Below are positions 20,080 through 30,060 of a DNA stretch of 64,000 bases, piece after piece (position 1 is the stretch's first letter; each line of letters starts with the position of its first letter). Made by a program: the position numbers and the translations under genes. A model generated the notes under the pieces. The model was given only the letters and a program-made list of their open reading frames with translations, did not search any database and was not told the DNA's origin. The DNA is from an uncultured delta proteobacterium. Lineage in GTDB: Bacteria > Myxococcota > Myxococcia > Myxococcales > Anaeromyxobacteraceae. The stretch spans positions 256,001-320,000 of the forward strand of contig CAWJSR010000029.1 of NCBI GenBank assembly GCA_963845515.1, read 5' to 3'.

Positions 20080-21051
20080 ATGGCCAAGGCGATCCGGATC
20101 GAGCGCACCGGCGGCCCCGAGGTGCTGCAGTTCGTCGACGTGAAGGTCGCCCCCCCTGGCGCCGGCGAGGCGCGCATCCGCCAGACGGCGGTCGGCGTCG
20201 ACTTCGTCGACGTCTACCACCGCAGCGGCCTCTACCCGCTCACGCTCCCGACCGGCATCGGAGTCGAGGCGGCTGGCGTCGTCGAGGAGGTCGGCCAAGG
20301 GGTGCGCTCGGTGCAGCCCGGCGACCGGGTGGCCTACCTCTGGGGCCCAGGCGCCTACGCCACCGAGCGGGTGGTTCCGGCCGACCGGCTCGTGCGGCTC
20401 CCCGACTCTCTCGACGACAGGACGGCCGCCGGCGGCTTCCTGAAGGGGCTGACCGCCGCGGCCCTGATCCTGAGAACCTACCCGGTGACCCGGGGTGAGA
20501 CGGTGCTCCTCCACGCCGCGGCCGGAGGGGTCGGGCTCATCATGTGCCAGTGGCTGAGCGCGCTCGGCGCGACGGTCATCGGCGTCGTCTCCACCGACTC
20601 CAAGGCGGCCGTCGCGAAGAGCCACGGCTGCCACCACGTCGTCGTGTCGAGCCGCGAGGACTTCGTCGCACGGGTGCGAGAGCTCACCGGCGGCGAGGGG
20701 GTCCCAGTGGTCTTCGACTCGGTCGGCAAGGCGACCTTCGAAGGCTCGCTCGACTGCCTGCGTCCGCTCGGGACCATGGTGAGCTTCGGAAACGCCTCAG
20801 GGCTCGTGCCGCCGGTCGACGTAGGACTGCTCGGGCGCAAGGGCTCGCTCTTCCTGACCCGGCCAAGCGTCTTCCACTACGTGGCGCGCCGGGAGGACCT
20901 GGAGCGGTATGCCGGCGCGCTCCTCGACGTGCTCGCCGGGGGGAAGGTGAAGATCGAGGTCACCCACACCTTCCCGCTCGCCGACGCCGCGGAGGCCCAC
21001 CGTGCGCTGGAGGGGCGCGGGACGACGGGGTCGCTCGTGCTGCTGCCGTAG
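20080..21051 (+). CDS. qor: NADPH:quinone oxidoreductase (zeta-crystallin/MDR family)
   Basis: GGPEVL, G.EAAG.V..VG.GV, HAAAGGVG, VVFDSVGK.TF..SLDCL, GSLFLTRP, TTGS.VL. Confidence 0.92.
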   Translation: MAKAIRIERTGGPEVLQFVDVKVAPPGAGEARIRQTAVGVDFVDVYHRSGLYPLTLPTGIGVEAAGVVEEVGQGVRSVQPGDRVAYLWGPGAYATERVVPADRLVRLPDSLDDRTAAGGFLKGLTAAALILRTYPVTRGETVLLHAAAGGVGLIMCQWLSALGATVIGVVSTDSKAAVAKSHGCHHVVVSSREDFVARVRELTGGEGVPVVFDSVGKATFEGSLDCLRPLGTMVSFGNASGLVPPVDVGLLGRKGSLFLTRPSVFHYVARREDLERYAGALLDVLAGGKVKIEVTHTFPLADAAEAHRALEGRGTTGSLVLLP

Positions 21052-21070
21052 CCCGAACCGGCGCGGCGCG

Positions 21071-21892
21071 TCACGGCCCGTCGAACGGCCCCCGGCGGTG
21101 ACAGCGCTGACAGCTCGAGAGCGGGAAGGCGACCGAGCGATGGCAGGCGCCACAGTAGCGCCCCGAGCGCACGTCCCGCATGTCGAACCGGACCGAGCCC
21201 CGCCTGGTGACCGGAAAGATCTCTGGGTGACAGACCTCGCAGCCGTTCCAGACCGCGTGCTTGCGGTGCGAGAAGGTGACGTCGCCGATCCAGGTCCCCT
21301 TCGCCTCGATGGGGATGTCCCGGTCGAGCCTCATCGCCGGGCGGACGATGGAGACGCCCTCGAGGATGTCGATCGGCTTCACCAGCCCCCGCTCCTCCGC
21401 CTTCTCCCAGTCGACATAGCCGCCGGCGGAGGTGGGCAACCGCGCCGCGAACGAAAGGTAGTCGGAGCGCGTCCGCGCTGGGTTGGCCCCGGCGTGACAG
21501 CGTCCGCACCCAGCCCCCGGCTCCTCCGGACCGGCAGGGGAGCACGCCGCGAAGACCGTCCTGCCGCTGAGCGTCCGCTTGCCGTCATGGCAGGCGCCGC
21601 AGTGAAGCCCGGCCGCGTTGCTGGCGCGACCGATCCCCGACGCGCCGGCCTGCATGGCGAAGCCGACGTCGATGTGGCAGAGGCGGCAGCTGAAGTTGGC
21701 GCGGTGTCGCCAGTGATCGAAGACCACCGGGGCGACGCCCGCCAGGCTCGACGCGCCCTCCAGGACGACGCGCCCGAACAGCTCCGGAGGCGCCGCGTCG
21801 GGGAAGATCGGCATCGCGGAACGGGCTGGCGAGGGGGAGGCGAGCGCGAAGAGGAGCACCGCGCCCAGGGCCGCGCGAGGCCGCTCCGTCAT
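21071..21892 (-). CDS. Hexaheme cytochrome c with two c7-type triheme domains
   Basis: Signal peptide; CRLCH, CGACH, CGRCH, CEVCH, CGACH, CQRCH; F.H..H motifs; ATG overlaps upstream TGA. Confidence 0.85.
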   Translation of the reverse strand: MTERPRAALGAVLLFALASPSPARSAMPIFPDAAPPELFGRVVLEGASSLAGVAPVVFDHWRHRANFSCRLCHIDVGFAMQAGASGIGRASNAAGLHCGACHDGKRTLSGRTVFAACSPAGPEEPGAGCGRCHAGANPARTRSDYLSFAARLPTSAGGYVDWEKAEERGLVKPIDILEGVSIVRPAMRLDRDIPIEAKGTWIGDVTFSHRKHAVWNGCEVCHPEIFPVTRRGSVRFDMRDVRSGRYCGACHRSVAFPLSSCQRCHRRGPFDGP

Positions 21893-22209
21893 GACCCGCC
21901 CTTCTCTCGGAAGTCGAGGACGAACTGGTACAGGTCCCGACATCCCTTGAGGCGCCGCGCGTAGACCTTTCGCGTCGACTCGTCGAGCGCATCGATGACC
22001 GGCTTCAGCGCGTCGCAGCGAACCACCAGCGCCTGAAGCTCGGGGCTCGTGAGCGCCATCGCGTCCTGCGTCTTCGCGCAGACGGCGTCGAACTCCGCGC
22101 GCCAGGGCTCGGCGGCGCGCCCCGTGGCTCCCCATGGCCCACCCGCGAGCGAGAGTGCCACGGCCCACAGCGCAGCCCTCATTGCCTTCCCTGCCCCGGC
22201 GCCGGTCAT
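21889..22209 (-). CDS. Small secreted helical protein with three Cys
   Basis: MTGAGAGKAMRAALWAVALSLA...W..EFD.VC.KT...RCD.LKP.I...KVY..RL..CRDLY.FVL; ATGA overlaps at both ends. Confidence 0.7.
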   Translation of the reverse strand: MTGAGAGKAMRAALWAVALSLAGGPWGATGRAAEPWRAEFDAVCAKTQDAMALTSPELQALVVRCDALKPVIDALDESTRKVYARRLKGCRDLYQFVLDFREKGGS

Positions 22210-23012
22210 TGGACGGGCTTCGAGTGGCAGCGCTGGCAGTCGAGCAGCGGAAACGCGACGGTCACGTGGCACGCGCCGCAGTACTTTCCCTCGAAGATCT
22301 CGACCATCGAGTACTTCGTCGCCCCCCGCCTCACGCCGACGAAGATCTCGGGGTGGCACAGCTCGCAGCCGTTCCAGACCGTGTGCTTGGCGTGCGAGAA
22401 GATGATGTCCGGCATGCCCTGGAGCCTCGGGCTGAGCGCGAAGTCCTTCTGCGCCGTGAGCGGCTTGCGCCGGATGGAGACGTCCTCCAGGAAGTCCTCG
22501 GGCTTGATGAGCTGGAGCCGCTCTGCCTCCTCCCAGTCGATGCCGTTGCCGAATCGGCCGCGGGGGAGCCCGCGCGTGAAGGTCGCGAAGTCATGGGTGT
22601 GCTTCGCGTCCCTCCCCAGCGAGTGGCACCGCACGCAGCCCGCGACCGATGCAGGCTCGCCAGAGGAGCGGCACGCCTCGAAGACCCTCTTGCCCTCGGA
22701 CTTGACCCGATCGTTGTGACAGGCGCCGCAGTACTGGCCGCGCGCGTTGTCCGCCGCCCTGATGTCGGTGGCCCCCGCCTTCATCGCGAACCCTACGTCG
22801 ACGTGGCAGAGCCGGCAGGTGAACCTGGCTCGGTGCAGCCAGTGCTCGAAGACGACGGGCGCGAGCCCCGCCTTCTCGGAGCGGTTGCGGATGACGACCC
22901 GTCCGAACTCCTGCGGAGGGGGACGGCGCTTCTTGACGGGACCATCCGCAGCGATGGCCACCTCCGCGGCGAGCGCCGCGCCCACGCAGAGGAGAACCCC
23001 AAGGTGCCTCAT
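22206..23012 (-). CDS. Hexaheme cytochrome c with two c7-type triheme domains (paralog of 21071-21892)
   Basis: Signal peptide; CRLCH, CGACH, CVRCH, CELCH, CGACH, CQRCH. Confidence 0.88.
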   Translation of the reverse strand: MRHLGVLLCVGAALAAEVAIAADGPVKKRRPPPQEFGRVVIRNRSEKAGLAPVVFEHWLHRARFTCRLCHVDVGFAMKAGATDIRAADNARGQYCGACHNDRVKSEGKRVFEACRSSGEPASVAGCVRCHSLGRDAKHTHDFATFTRGLPRGRFGNGIDWEEAERLQLIKPEDFLEDVSIRRKPLTAQKDFALSPRLQGMPDIIFSHAKHTVWNGCELCHPEIFVGVRRGATKYSMVEIFEGKYCGACHVTVAFPLLDCQRCHSKPVQ

Positions 23013-23104
23013 GCAGCCCCTCCCGCTCAGACCCGCCGTGCAGCTTATCAGCCCGTCTCACGCCGAGTGGAGCCCGATCGGGTCGCATGCCTCGCCGCGC
23101 CGGG

Positions 23105-24010
23105 TCAGACGCCCCGCAGGAGCCACCACCACCCAGCGAGCGTCAGGAACGAGAGCGGGATCCCGACGCCGACGAGCAGCGCGACGAGCGGCGGATCCAG
23201 GTCGTGGTCGACGGCGATGATCCCTGCCGTGATCATCGGGGCCATCGCCGCCTCGAAGATGGTCACCTGCATGACCGGCCCGCCGCTGCCGAGGAGGACG
23301 ACGTAGAGCAGGTAGACGAGCGCGGGGCCCAGCGCGAGCTTGAAGAGGAGCCCCAGCGCGAGCGGCCGGGCGACGCCGTGCGCGATGCGGAAGCGGAGCT
23401 GGAAGCCGACCGACGCGAGCGCGAGCGGCGTGAGCGTGTCGCCGAGCTTCTGCAGCACCGAGACCATGGCCTCCGGGTAGTCGACGGGCCGGAGGAGCAC
23501 GGCGAGCACCAGCGCCTGGAACGGCGGGAAGAGGACCACGCGCCGGACCAGCTCGCGCGCGGACGTTGCGCCGGCGGAGTAGGCCGTCGCGGTCAGGATC
23601 CCGAGCGTCGAGAGCGCGAGGAAGGATCCGAGCTGATCGGCGACCACGCCCACGCCGATCCACTCCTTCCCGTACCAGGCCTCGATCATCGGCAGACCGA
23701 CGAAGGAGGTGTTCCCCAGCCCGGTCACCAGGATGAGCGCCCCGATCGTCCTCGACGGCAGGCCGGTCGCGCGGCCGATCGCGCGGTGGAAGGCCCACGC
23801 CGCGCCGAAGAAGATCCAGGGCATCAGCGCCGTGAGCAGGAGCGAGCGGTCGAGCTGGAGCCGGTGGACGTGCAGCAGCGTGAGCGCCGGCAGCGAGACG
23901 TGGATCACGAAGCCGTTGAGTGCGATCGGAGTGCTGTCCGGGAAGCGTCCCGTCCGCCGGAGGAGGATCCCGGAGAGGAAGGCGACCGCGAGGAGCGCGA
24001 GGTTGTTCAT
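23105..24010 (-). CDS. AEC (auxin efflux carrier) family transporter
   Basis: LN.FVI.VSLPAL, GNTSFVGLP, FPPF.AL, PLAL..VG.QL, KL.L.P, EAAMAP; ATG at 24010 overlaps upstream stop. Confidence 0.88.
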   Translation of the reverse strand: MNNLALLAVAFLSGILLRRTGRFPDSTPIALNGFVIHVSLPALTLLHVHRLQLDRSLLLTALMPWIFFGAAWAFHRAIGRATGLPSRTIGALILVTGLGNTSFVGLPMIEAWYGKEWIGVGVVADQLGSFLALSTLGILTATAYSAGATSARELVRRVVLFPPFQALVLAVLLRPVDYPEAMVSVLQKLGDTLTPLALASVGFQLRFRIAHGVARPLALGLLFKLALGPALVYLLYVVLLGSGGPVMQVTIFEAAMAPMITAGIIAVDHDLDPPLVALLVGVGIPLSFLTLAGWWWLLRGV

Positions 24011-24963
24011 GAGCGCCCCGAGCCTCTCCAGAGCCACGTCAGGATCGCGCCTGCCAGCGCCGCACCCATCGCGGCCTTCACCCACGGGCTCCACCCGGTG
24101 CCGGGCGAGACGGAGGCCTCGACGACTCCGACGAGGACGAGCAGCGGCGCGACGACCGCGAGCAGCCGCGACGCCTCGCGCCCGCGCGCAGCGAGGAGGA
24201 GCCACCTGGGCGCCTCCCCCGGCCTGACCAACGCCCCGGCCAGTGACAGCCCCGCCTGCGACGCCAGCAGGATCGCGAGCAGCTCCGCGGGACCGTGCGC
24301 GGACACGAAGGTGAAGAAGGAGTACCCCTGCCCTCCCCGCCAGGCGTAGGCAGCGACCGCCCCCAGCACCAGCCCGTTGGACAGGAGGAGGCCGGCGGTG
24401 AGGATCCCCCCGGAGAGCCCGCCGGCGAAGGCGAGTGACGCGACGGTCAGGTTGTTCCGGGCGATCGCCGAGCCGCCGATGCCGGGCGCGACTGAGAGGA
24501 GGTCGTCGGTCCAGACGCGGCCCGAGGCGACGGCGTCGCGGATCTCCGCCGGGACGAGCAGCGCCGCTGCCCCGGGGTCGATCGCGACCGCCAGCGCCCC
24601 GCCGGCGATGCCGGCGGCGAGGATGGACAGGGCGAGCATGAAGGCGCCGCGCGAGCGCGCGAACGCGCGCGGGATCTCGTGCCGGTATAGCTCGACCACC
24701 GCGGCGAGGCCGCGCTGCCGGCGGTAGAGGACGCCGAACGCCCCCGCGGTCACCTGCGCCAGGTGACCCTCGGCGTCCGAGCCGGCGAACGCGGAGCGCG
24801 CGAAGGCGAGGTCGCCGCTGGTCCTCCGGTAGAGCCGATCGAGCTCCTCGACCTCGGCGAGCGTGAGCGGCTCGCGCCCCACCCGCCCGGCGAGCGCCTC
24901 GAGCCGCTCCCAGGAGGCGCGCCGCGCCTGCACGAACGCCGCGACGTTGCGCTCGCGGCTCAC
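24007..24963 (-). CDS. Stage II sporulation protein M (SpoIIM/DUF95) family membrane protein
   Basis: FV..R...W..LE, LYR....DLA.AR, I..NN..VA..AFAGG, NG..LG, HG..EL.AI, VEA.VSP. Confidence 0.85.
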   Translation of the reverse strand: MSRERNVAAFVQARRASWERLEALAGRVGREPLTLAEVEELDRLYRRTSGDLAFARSAFAGSDAEGHLAQVTAGAFGVLYRRQRGLAAVVELYRHEIPRAFARSRGAFMLALSILAAGIAGGALAVAIDPGAAALLVPAEIRDAVASGRVWTDDLLSVAPGIGGSAIARNNLTVASLAFAGGLSGGILTAGLLLSNGLVLGAVAAYAWRGGQGYSFFTFVSAHGPAELLAILLASQAGLSLAGALVRPGEAPRWLLLAARGREASRLLAVVAPLLVLVGVVEASVSPGTGWSPWVKAAMGAALAGAILTWLWRGSGRS

Positions 24964-25715
24964 CGGGCCTCCGCGTAGAAGGCGGCCAGCGCCTCCAGGA
25001 ACGGCTCCGCCTCGGCGGAAGCAGGTAGCTCGAGCCCGGCCCGGCGGGCGAAGGCCGCGGCGAGCCGCCCGGCGATCCGTGCCCTCGCCTCGGGGTCGAG
25101 CTCGGGGCGCCTGCGCAGGAAGTCGACGAGCCGTTCGAAGTCGGCCGCGGCCAGGATCGCGCACGCCCGGCTCCGCAGCGGCGCGAAGCGTCCGCTCCCC
25201 CCGGCAGCCGGGGCGTAGCGGGAGAGGTCATAGCGCCGCTCGCGGACCACCAGCGTCCCCGCGACGAGGTCACCCAGCCGCTGGCGACGCGGGCCCAGCG
25301 CGACGGCGAGGATCGCCGGCGCGTAGCCGAACGGCAGCTCCACGACGCGCAGAAGGTTCCTGCCGAGCGACTCGGCGAGCCCCACCGGCGCCCCATCGGT
25401 CCGGACGACGCGGAGCCCCATCGCGCGCTTCCCCGGCGTCCGCCCGTCGGCCAGCAGCTCCCAGGCGACGTCCCAGCCCCAACCGGTCATCAGCACGGCG
25501 ACGACGACGATGAGCTGGCCCAGGGCGGAGAGCGCCTGCCACCGGCGCAGGAGGTCACCCTGGAAGGAGTAGACGAAGAACCCCATCATCCAGCTGAGGA
25601 AGATCAGGAGGGCGTCGAGCAGCCAGGCGAAGGCACGGGCGCCGAGCCCGGCGAGCTCGAGCGCGACCGCTACGCGCTCGGGCGTCTCCAGCTCCAGGCG
25701 GGGCTCGACGGTCAC
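24960..25715 (-). CDS. RDD family membrane protein
   Basis: ETPE.V...LAG.G.R..A.LLD, G.TPGKR.MGLRVV..DG, RNLLR, QRLGDLVAGT.VV. Confidence 0.9.
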   Translation of the reverse strand: MTVEPRLELETPERVAVALELAGLGARAFAWLLDALLIFLSWMMGFFVYSFQGDLLRRWQALSALGQLIVVVAVLMTGWGWDVAWELLADGRTPGKRAMGLRVVRTDGAPVGLAESLGRNLLRVVELPFGYAPAILAVALGPRRQRLGDLVAGTLVVRERRYDLSRYAPAAGGSGRFAPLRSRACAILAAADFERLVDFLRRRPELDPEARARIAGRLAAAFARRAGLELPASAEAEPFLEALAAFYAEAR

Positions 25716-25769
25716 GAGCCGGATGATACGCGAGCCCGGTGCGCGTTCGCCGCACGTTCGTCCCGCGAA

Positions 25770-26531
25770 TCAAGGGGTGCGCCGCAGGTCGATGCCGAGC
25801 AGGTCGAGGATCCCGTTGATGAAGGTCAGGGGGTGCGGCGGGCAGCCGGGCACGTAGAGGCTCGGCGCGAACCGGTCGAGGAAGGACCGGTCCAGCTGCG
25901 TCGAGGCTCCGAACGGCTCCCCCGAGATGGCGCAGGCGCCGACGGCGATGACGAACTTCGGCGCGGGCATGCCGTCCCACGCGAGCTGCAGCGCCTCCGC
26001 CATGTTCCGCGTGATCGGGCCGCTGATCACCAGCGCGTCGGCGTGGCGAGGCGAGGCCACGAACTCGATCCCGTACCTCCCGAGGTCGAAGTTGACGTTG
26101 CCGAGCGCGTTCAGCTCCAGCTCGCAGCCGCTGCAGCCTCCGGCCGAGACCGACCTGAGCTTGAGCGAACGGCCGAAGAGCCGCTTCAGCTCCGCCGCGA
26201 CCGCGATCGCTGGCGGCGCCGCTGGTCCCTCGCGCAGGATGAGCGCCTCTCGCCCGGCCGCCGCCATCCTGGGCTCCTCCGAGAAGGAGATCTTCCCCGG
26301 GCCACACGCCGCCACGCAGTCCGAGCAGAAGACGCAGCGCCCGAGGTCGAGCCGGACGGGCCCGAGCGAGATCGCCTGCGTGGCGCAGGCCTCTGCGCAG
26401 GCGCCACATGACGGCTCGCACGCCCCCGCGGCGATGACCGGGAGCCCGCGGAACCCGGCGGGCCTCGCCCCGCGGAGATCGGGGATGTACTGGCTCCCCT
26501 GCGAGATGCGGACCTTGAGTACGTTCAACAT
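25770..26531 (-). CDS. ehrS: Ehr complex small subunit: 2x[4Fe-4S] ferredoxin fused to NuoB/HycG-like domain (operon 1)
   Basis: CEPSCGACAEAC, CVFCSDCVAAC, SAGGCSGCE, SPRHAD, GACA, PGCPPHP. Confidence 0.85.
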   Translation of the reverse strand: MLNVLKVRISQGSQYIPDLRGARPAGFRGLPVIAAGACEPSCGACAEACATQAISLGPVRLDLGRCVFCSDCVAACGPGKISFSEEPRMAAAGREALILREGPAAPPAIAVAAELKRLFGRSLKLRSVSAGGCSGCELELNALGNVNFDLGRYGIEFVASPRHADALVISGPITRNMAEALQLAWDGMPAPKFVIAVGACAISGEPFGASTQLDRSFLDRFAPSLYVPGCPPHPLTFINGILDLLGIDLRRTP

Positions 26532-26547
26532 CTCTCGCCCTCGCCAG

Positions 26548-28014
26548 TCACAGATCGTTCCCGCAGTAGGAGAGGTCGAAGCTCTTGTTGCAGATGGGGA
26601 AGTCGGAGATCTCGTTCTCGCGGACCGCGAGCGCGAGCCCCATCCAGTTGCGGAGCGACGGATCCTGGACCCTGTAGTGGCACGGCCTCCCTGCCGCGTC
26701 GGTCTCGACGCAGTGGACCACCTCGCCGCGCCAACCCTCCCGAACGGAGACGGCCAGCGCCTCAGGCTGCAGCGGCCCGACCGTGACCGGCGCCACGTCG
26801 GCGGCGGGCCACGCGTCGAGGAGGGCGCGCAGCCACCTGATCGACTCGTCGATCTCCCGGATGCGCACCACGGCGCGCGCCCAGCAGTCGCCCGCGGGCT
26901 CCGTCACGCGCCCGACGGGGATCGCTGCGTACGGACCGTCGGCCAGCTCGAGCCGCGTGTCGACCTCGATCCCCGAGGCGCGCGCGGCCTGCCCGACGAG
27001 CCCCAGCTCGGTCGCCTGGTCCGACGTCACGACGCCAGTCCCGCGGAGCCGGTGCTGCACGCTCATCGAGCCGAGGAACCGCTCGTTCACGATCGCCACG
27101 TCGCGCGCGATGAGGTCGAGCGCCGCGCGGACGACGCCGGCCTTCTCGGCGTCCCAGCCCACCGGCGCGCCGCCCGCGCGGATCCAGCCGCGCCCGAAGC
27201 GGCTTCCGCAGAGTCGCATCGACGTGTTGATCGCGGTCGTACGGAGCCTGCCGTACGTGGCGGAGCCCTGCAGGAAGGCGAGGTCCGTGGCGAGCCCCGC
27301 GAGCCCGGCGAGGTGCATGCCGATCCGCTCGAGCTCCAGGCCGAGCGCGCGGGAGGCCTCACGCGCAGGGTCGGGCTCGAGGCCGGCCAGCGCCTCCACC
27401 GCCGCCGCCCATGCCCAGGCGTGCGCGACGCTGGAGTCCCCGGCGACGGTCTCCACGAGCGGCGCGAGCCGCCGCGGATCGCGGGCCAGGAGGAGCGCCT
27501 CCGCGCCGCGATGCTGGTAGCCGAGCTGGATCTCGAGGTGGTGCACCACCTCGCCGAGGCACATGAAGCGGAAGTGCCCGGGCTCGATGACGCCGGCGTG
27601 GATCGGGCCGACCGCGACCTCGTGAACGACCTTCCCGTCGATCGCGTAGAACGGGTAGCCCGCGATCTCCCCTGGCGCGGCGCCGGGGAAGCGGACCGGC
27701 TTGAGCCAGGGGTGGCCGAGAGGCTTCACGCCGGCCTGCTCGAAGATCTCCCGCTCGAAGACGTGGAGAGCCGGGACGTCGAGGGTGAGGGAGCGGAACC
27801 CCGGATCGCGCGCCAGCGTCGTGCGGAGCACGGCGAGCCCCGCCCCCGACGCGAGCACCGCGGTGAGGGTCGCCTCGGACGGATCGCTCGCCCGCTGCCC
27901 GTAGAACGTCACCGCGCGCTCACCCGCCGCGAGCCGGCCGCGCAGCGCGTCGAAGAATGCGTCCGGCGCGATCGCGAGCTCCCGGGTCGGGGTCACCAGC
28001 AGCGGCGTGGTCAC
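26548..28014 (-). CDS. ehrL: Ehr complex large subunit (NuoC+NuoD/HycE-like) lacking NiFe CxxC motifs (operon 1)
   Basis: FEREI.E..G..P.GHPWLKP, HEVAVGPIHAGVIEPGHFRF, LGYQHRG, ETVAGDSSVAH in place of RxCGxC, EGWRGE, DPS, C-terminus DFPICNKSFDLSYCGNDL. Confidence 0.88.
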   Translation of the reverse strand: MTTPLLVTPTRELAIAPDAFFDALRGRLAAGERAVTFYGQRASDPSEATLTAVLASGAGLAVLRTTLARDPGFRSLTLDVPALHVFEREIFEQAGVKPLGHPWLKPVRFPGAAPGEIAGYPFYAIDGKVVHEVAVGPIHAGVIEPGHFRFMCLGEVVHHLEIQLGYQHRGAEALLLARDPRRLAPLVETVAGDSSVAHAWAWAAAVEALAGLEPDPAREASRALGLELERIGMHLAGLAGLATDLAFLQGSATYGRLRTTAINTSMRLCGSRFGRGWIRAGGAPVGWDAEKAGVVRAALDLIARDVAIVNERFLGSMSVQHRLRGTGVVTSDQATELGLVGQAARASGIEVDTRLELADGPYAAIPVGRVTEPAGDCWARAVVRIREIDESIRWLRALLDAWPAADVAPVTVGPLQPEALAVSVREGWRGEVVHCVETDAAGRPCHYRVQDPSLRNWMGLALAVRENEISDFPICNKSFDLSYCGNDL

Positions 28015-29458
28015 GTCCCCCCCAGTCCGGCGGCGACCTGCCGGAAGAGCGCGTTGACGGGGGCAGGCAGGTAGAGCCCCATCGCCAGGAGCGCGAGCAG
28101 CAGCAGCAGCTTGGGGAGCACGCTCGTGAGCGTCTGGCCCGCGCGGTGTGCCCGGTCGCCAGGGGCCCCCCAGATCATGGGGAAGACGGTGCGGCCGGTG
28201 GCGATGAAGGTCACGGTCAGGATCGAGCAGAACGCGGCGAAGACCACGAAGCGCCCGGCGCCGATCAGCCCGGAGAGGATGATCAGCTCTCCGAGGAAGC
28301 TGCCGAACGGTGGGAAGCCGAGGAGCGCGAAGATCCCGACCATGAAGAAGAGGCCGCTGTAGGGCATGTCCTTGAGGAGCCCGGTGACCTCCCGCGCGTC
28401 CTCGCTCTTGTAGTGGGCCTCGATCTTGCCGGCCGTGAGGAAGAGGATCGCCTTGATGAAGGCGTTGGCCACGGCGTAGAGCACCACCCCGTAGGCAGCG
28501 ATCCCGCCGATGCCCAGCCCGATCGCGATGACGCCGCCGTGGTTCAGCGAGGCGAAGGCGATCAGCTTCACGTAGTTGCGCGTCGCGATGATGCTGAAGG
28601 CCGAGACGGCCATGGTCGCGAGCCCGAGCACCACCAGCTCGGGGCCGATCACCGCGTGGTCCGTCGCGCGGTATATCTGGACGACCCGGAAGACCCCGGC
28701 GAGCGCGACGTTGAACTGGACGGCGCCCAGCAGGGCCGTCACCGCGGGCGGGGCCGCGTGGTAGGTCTCTGGGAGCCACGTGTACATCGGCGCGAGCCCG
28801 AGCTTCGTCCCGTAGCCGAGGATGATCAGCACGAGCCCGATCCGGCGCCAGATCTCGGGCGGCTGGCGCGCGGCCTCGTGCGAGCCCGTCCAGGAAGAAC
28901 CCGGCCTCCGCCTGCCCGGAGGCCTCCATCCCGCGCGCCAGGCAGGCGAAGCCGAGCAGCACCAGCCCGAGGCCGACGGAGGAGAAGAGGAAGTAGCGCC
29001 AGGCGGCGCCGACGCGCGCCGCGTTGGGGCGAATGCGGATCAGCTGCACCGCCGCGAGCGTCGTCAGCTCCAGGAAGATCCAGCCGACGACGAGGTGGTT
29101 CGCGAGGATCGAGAGGTTGCCGGCGGCGATGAACGCCAGCGAGAAGCCGACCATCCGCTCGATCCCCACCTGCAGCTCCGGCGTGTCCTTCACGCGCGTC
29201 CACAGGTAGGTCGCGACGCCCGAGGAAGACCAGGCTCGCCACGAGCAGGAAGAGGCGGGAGGTCGCGTCGGCCACGAAGTAGCCGCCACCGAAGACCACG
29301 ACCGCGGAGGCCGGCGTGCCGAGGGCGAAGTAGACCGCCAGCGCAGCGTCCACCGCCGCGATGGTTAGCATCATCGAGACGATCCGGGGGCGCACCCGCC
29401 TCACGCCAGCGACCGTCGCCCCTGCGGCCGGGAAGAACGCTGCGAGGAGGTTCATCAT
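28011..29458 (-). CDS. ehrD: Ehr antiporter-like subunit (HyfF-like, operon 1); two frameshifts near 29220 and 28870
   Basis: Three frames join into WIFLELTTL, AAWRYFLFSSVG, GYGTKLGLAPMYTWLPETY, K.IAFASLNH, KAILFLTAG, GFPPFGSF.GE. Confidence 0.8.
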
Positions 29459-30060
29459 GGCTCGCGCTCCTCGCGGAGGATCCCCGGGGCCGCGCGCAGG
29501 AAGCCCCCGAAGACCAGCACCGTGAGGACCAGGATGGCCGTCACCCCGAGCTGGACCGGCAGCGGCAGCAGGTGTGGCGAGCCGAGCTCGAAGAGCGCGA
29601 TCGCGTTCTCGATCCGCAGCACACCGGTGATCTGGCTGAAGGTGGTGTTCTCCGTCCCGAGCACCAGGAAGCCCAGGAGCAGCGCGGCCGTGGCGGCCGC
29701 GAGGTGGGTCGCCTCGACGCCCCCCTCCGGAGAGACCAGGTCGGCGAAGTGGAACGCGCCGATCACCAGCGCCCCTGCCAACGTCCAGGAGAGCATGTTG
29801 GCGGGGATGACGTCGTTGCGCCGCGGCGCGCTCTGGCTACGGAGGATCCGATGGAGGTAGCGGGGTACGAACCAGGAGCGGAGGATCAGGAGGTCGAGCA
29901 GCAGGATGGCGCCGGAGGCCGTCACCGGCCAGCCCCGCTGGAGGAAGATCGCGGTGAGGAGGACGCCCTGGAGGGCGAGCCCCATGAGGCTGGTGCGCCA
30001 GGTGGCGATGAAGAGCGGCCCGACGAGGACGATCAGGAAGGCGACGAGGAGGTAGGTCAC
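29455..30060 (-). CDS. ehrC: Ehr membrane subunit (HyfE-like, operon 1)
   Basis: Hydrophobic, LALQG, Q..G.L..EN motif; GTGA overlap with upstream gene. Confidence 0.75.
   Translation of the reverse strand: MTYLLVAFLIVLVGPLFIATWRTSLMGLALQGVLLTAIFLQRGWPVTASGAILLLDLLILRSWFVPRYLHRILRSQSAPRRNDVIPANMLSWTLAGALVIGAFHFADLVSPEGGVEATHLAAATAALLLGFLVLGTENTTFSQITGVLRIENAIALFELGSPHLLPLPVQLGVTAILVLTVLVFGGFLRAAPGILREEREP

Noticed and set aside
23039..23054. GG-N10-GC element (minus GGGCTGATAAGCTGCA) upstream of the cytochrome operon
   Set aside because: Poor -24 match and no enhancer palindrome seen; could be chance.
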